Below, one piece after another: positions 61,701 through 64,000 of a stretch of DNA of 64,000 nucleotides. A program made the position numbers and the translations under genes. The notes under the pieces were generated by a model. The model was not told where the DNA came from. It made no database searches and worked only from the letters and a program-made list of their open reading frames with translations. This DNA is from Macrostomum lignano (Eukaryota). Position 1 is the first letter of the stretch. The number at the start of each line of letters is the position of its first letter. The DNA is taken from contig NIVC01000746.1 in NCBI GenBank assembly GCA_002269645.1, forward strand, positions 62,001-126,000. Reading direction: 5' to 3'.

Positions 61701-62006
61701 GGTGACAGCATGACCTGAGAATCAGTCAGGGAGGGTGACAGCATGACCTAAGAATCAGTCAGGGAGGTTGCAGCATGACCTGAGAATCAGTCAAGGAGGG
61801 TGACAGCATGGCCTGAGAATCAGTCAGGGAGGGTGACAGTAATAATCAACAGCAAGCACCCCGACCCTGCCAGTCGCATACTGACCACCCGCGGCGACAA
61901 GATGACCCCGGAGGAGGCGGACGAGATGATCCAGGCGGCCGACATGGACGCAGACGGCATGATTGACTACGAAGAATTTGCCGCCGCACTCGGGGAAGAT
62001 GAGTAA
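58746..62006 (+). CDS. Calmodulin-like 4-EF-hand protein, 166 aa
   Basis: Exons 58746-58971, 61117-61258 and 61874-62006. EF loops [36 protein letters not shown] (degenerate), [12 protein letters not shown]. The phase-1 intron at DADG matches the vertebrate calmodulin intron position as recalled. Confidence 0.92.
59030..59725. repeat. 44-bp minisatellite in calmodulin-like intron 1
   Basis: About 15 units of GGTCACTGAGGAGCACTCCAGTTGCATTCCCGATTCTAACAAGA. Confidence 0.95.
61285..61840. repeat. 33-bp minisatellite filling calmodulin-like intron 2
   Basis: About 16 units of GAGAATCAGTCAGGGAGGGTGACAGCATTGCCT. Confidence 0.95.
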
Positions 62007-62079
62007 AATAAGAAAGTCGAAAATTTACTTCTACCTACTACTGATACTAAAAAGTAGTGTAAATACTGTGAACATTCTA

Positions 62080-62097
62080 AATAAAATTTGTAATAAA
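62080..62097 (+). terminator. Candidate polyadenylation signals of the calmodulin-like gene
   Basis: Two AATAAA hexamers (62080, 62092) about 75-90 bp after the stop codon. Confidence 0.5.
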
Positions 62098-62922
62098 TAA
62101 GAAGTCGCACAGTCACGGGTATTTCGAAACTCGCACAGTGAAATCAAGCACTCGTTTATATCTGTCTGTTACAATGCAGCATCAAGGGATTTTGTTTTCT
62201 CAACCACAAGCAACTCATATTCATAGGAGGGTTCGGGAACAGAGGAAGAAGCTGACAAAAAATTATTTAAAATATTATTATTACTGATTTATAATTTCAA
62301 TGCGCTATACACGCTACTTTAAACGACCAAGGTTCAGACAAGTAGTGCACACCGTACAGGAGCTCCCACAATGGCCTGCACTGCAATGCGTAGGGCAACA
62401 AAAATGCTGAATCGCTCAATTGAGAAACAACAACCAAACAAAAAAACAAAAAATTAAGACAATACATATTTTTTTAAATTTTACGACAGCAACGAATGAT
62501 GCAACATTAGTGAGGCCTACAATAGCAGGATCGAAAATTTTTGAAGCTTACTTAAAATCATCTCCTTAGAAGATCTACGGCAACAGGAAAAAATAGCGAT
62601 CATCAGTCAGACAATGGAATCCACAGCGTTAAACTACTATATGCCGTAACAATTTACTAATATTATATTAAGTATCCAGAGTTTACAATTTAAGTAATGC
62701 ATCAACTGTGTCTCAACTGCCCGACAACATGGATTAGGGAGGGGTATTGATCAACAAAACAACTGTACTTTTCTAGGCGAATCCTTGCTAATATAACTTT
62801 TATGGGTCAGAAATTAATCTGGTAGGTTATTAGAGAAACCAACAGACAAATTAGATGGCATCAAGCCGAACTGAGATTATTATATATCCAGGTTCACCAG
62901 ACTGGAGCTGTGGGGTAGCTGA

Positions 62923-63484
62923 AGGCCCGCTGAAGGATCAGGGAGGGTGCAGCGGTGGCCCGCTGAAGGATCAGGGAGGGTGCAGCGGTGGCCCGCTGAA
63001 GGATCAGGGAGGGTGCAGCGGTGGCCCGCTGAAGGATCAGGGAGGGTGCAGCGGTGGCCCGCTGAAGGATCAGGGAGGGTGAAGCGGTGGCCCGCTGAAG
63101 GATCAGGGAGGGTGCAGCGGTGGCCCGCTGAAGGATCAGGGAGGGTGAAGCGGTGGCCCGCTGAAGGATCAGGGAGGGTGCAGCGGTGGCCCGCTGAAGG
63201 ATCAGGGAGGGTGCAGCGGTGGCCCGCTGAAGGATCAGGGAGGGTGAAGCGGTGGCCCGCTGAAGGATCAGGGAGGGTGCAGCGGTGGCCCGCTGAAGGA
63301 TCAGGGAGGGTGCAGCGGTGGCCCGCTGAAGGATCAGGGAGGGTGCAGCGGTGGCCCGCTGAAGGATCAGGGAGGGTGCAGCGGTGGCCCGCTGAAGGAT
63401 CAGGGAGGGTGCAGCGGTGGCCCGCTGAAGGATCAGGGAGGGTGCAGCGGTGGCCCGCTGAAGGATCAGGGAGGGTGCAGCAGT
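62923..63484. repeat. 33-bp minisatellite with an internal hairpin (CAGCGG-TGGC-CCGCTG)
   Basis: About 17 nearly identical units of CAGCGGTGGCCCGCTGAAGGATCAGGGAGGGTG. Confidence 0.96.
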
Positions 63485-63634
63485 GCTGATTTTCAATGCT
63501 CAAGGATGGAAATCTAAATCTTGGCATTTTCCAGGAATTATTTATTAAACACCCCAAGAAGTTCACGAGAGAAAAGTGTGCAATAGACGGAGAACAGGCG
63601 CCAAAGAAAGACCGCATAGTCAGGGGGGAGTCTC

Positions 63635-63856
63635 TCAATAAACATTGAAGGCTTTCTTTAGCTCGATGACCAGTTTCCAATCCTCCTTGCCGAGATCGTC
63701 GCGGAAGTACTGCTTGAGAGCGTCGATGCTCTCTCGGCTGACCCGGCTCATCAGCAGGTCGTTGTGGTCGAAGTGCCGGCCGTACATCTTCGGCGCGTCG
63801 CCAGGCGGTGCGGCGATTTTAATGCACAGCTCGGCGCCTCGGCGGGCCTCTTCCAC
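63635..63856 (-). CDS. Terminal coding exon of an uncharacterised gene extending beyond the window
   Basis: CAG acceptor at 63857-63859; GC3-rich frame VEEARRGAELCIKIAAPPGDAPKMYGRHFDHNDLLMSRVSRESIDALKQYFRDDLGKEDWKLVIELKKAFNVY ending in a stop. Confidence 0.75.
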   Translation of the reverse strand: MEEARRGAELCIKIAAPPGDAPKMYGRHFDHNDLLMSRVSRESIDALKQYFRDDLGKEDWKLVIELKKAFNVY

Positions 63857-64000
63857 CTGTTTGCCGATATGTAGTGTAAAAGACTTTATAAGGCATGAAT
63901 TTTCAATTAAAAGAGCTAAGAAAGACACTAGACACACCAAGAAAGACACTGAGGCAGTCACTGAGACCGACACTGAGACAGTCACTGAGACCGACACTGA

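Overview
Repeat-rich invertebrate animal genomic DNA with GT-AG introns. The gene set, short introns and dense minisatellites suggest a flatworm such as Macrostomum; this is an inference and no database was searched. Host genes supported by the sequence: (1) an intronless neuropeptide precursor with 11 copies of GAYSGFL-amide; (2) an 11-exon atypical soluble guanylyl cyclase (Gyc88E-like, distal Tyr, minus strand) with one apparent 1-bp frameshift at codon 4; (3) an uncharacterised low-complexity multi-exon gene; (4) two tandem intronless, highly divergent nAChR-like Cys-loop subunits, one intact and one with a 26-bp deletion; (5) a 7-EC protocadherin; (6) a calmodulin-like gene; (7) two orphan exons. 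Mobile elements: a full-length LOA/R1-group LINE with RNase H and a 13-bp TSD, inserted into a repeat whose empty copy is also in the window; a Ginger1-like DNA transposon; two internally deleted Tc1/mariner elements; a decayed Gypsy pol; tRNA-derived SINEs including a CORE-SINE; small MITEs; and more than 12 distinct micro/minisatellites. The best candidates for new biology are the divergent intronless Cys-loop receptor pair (possible chemoreceptors), the enkephalin-like peptide precursor and the predicted O2-binding guanylyl cyclase. Coordinates were read by eye and may be off by a few bases.
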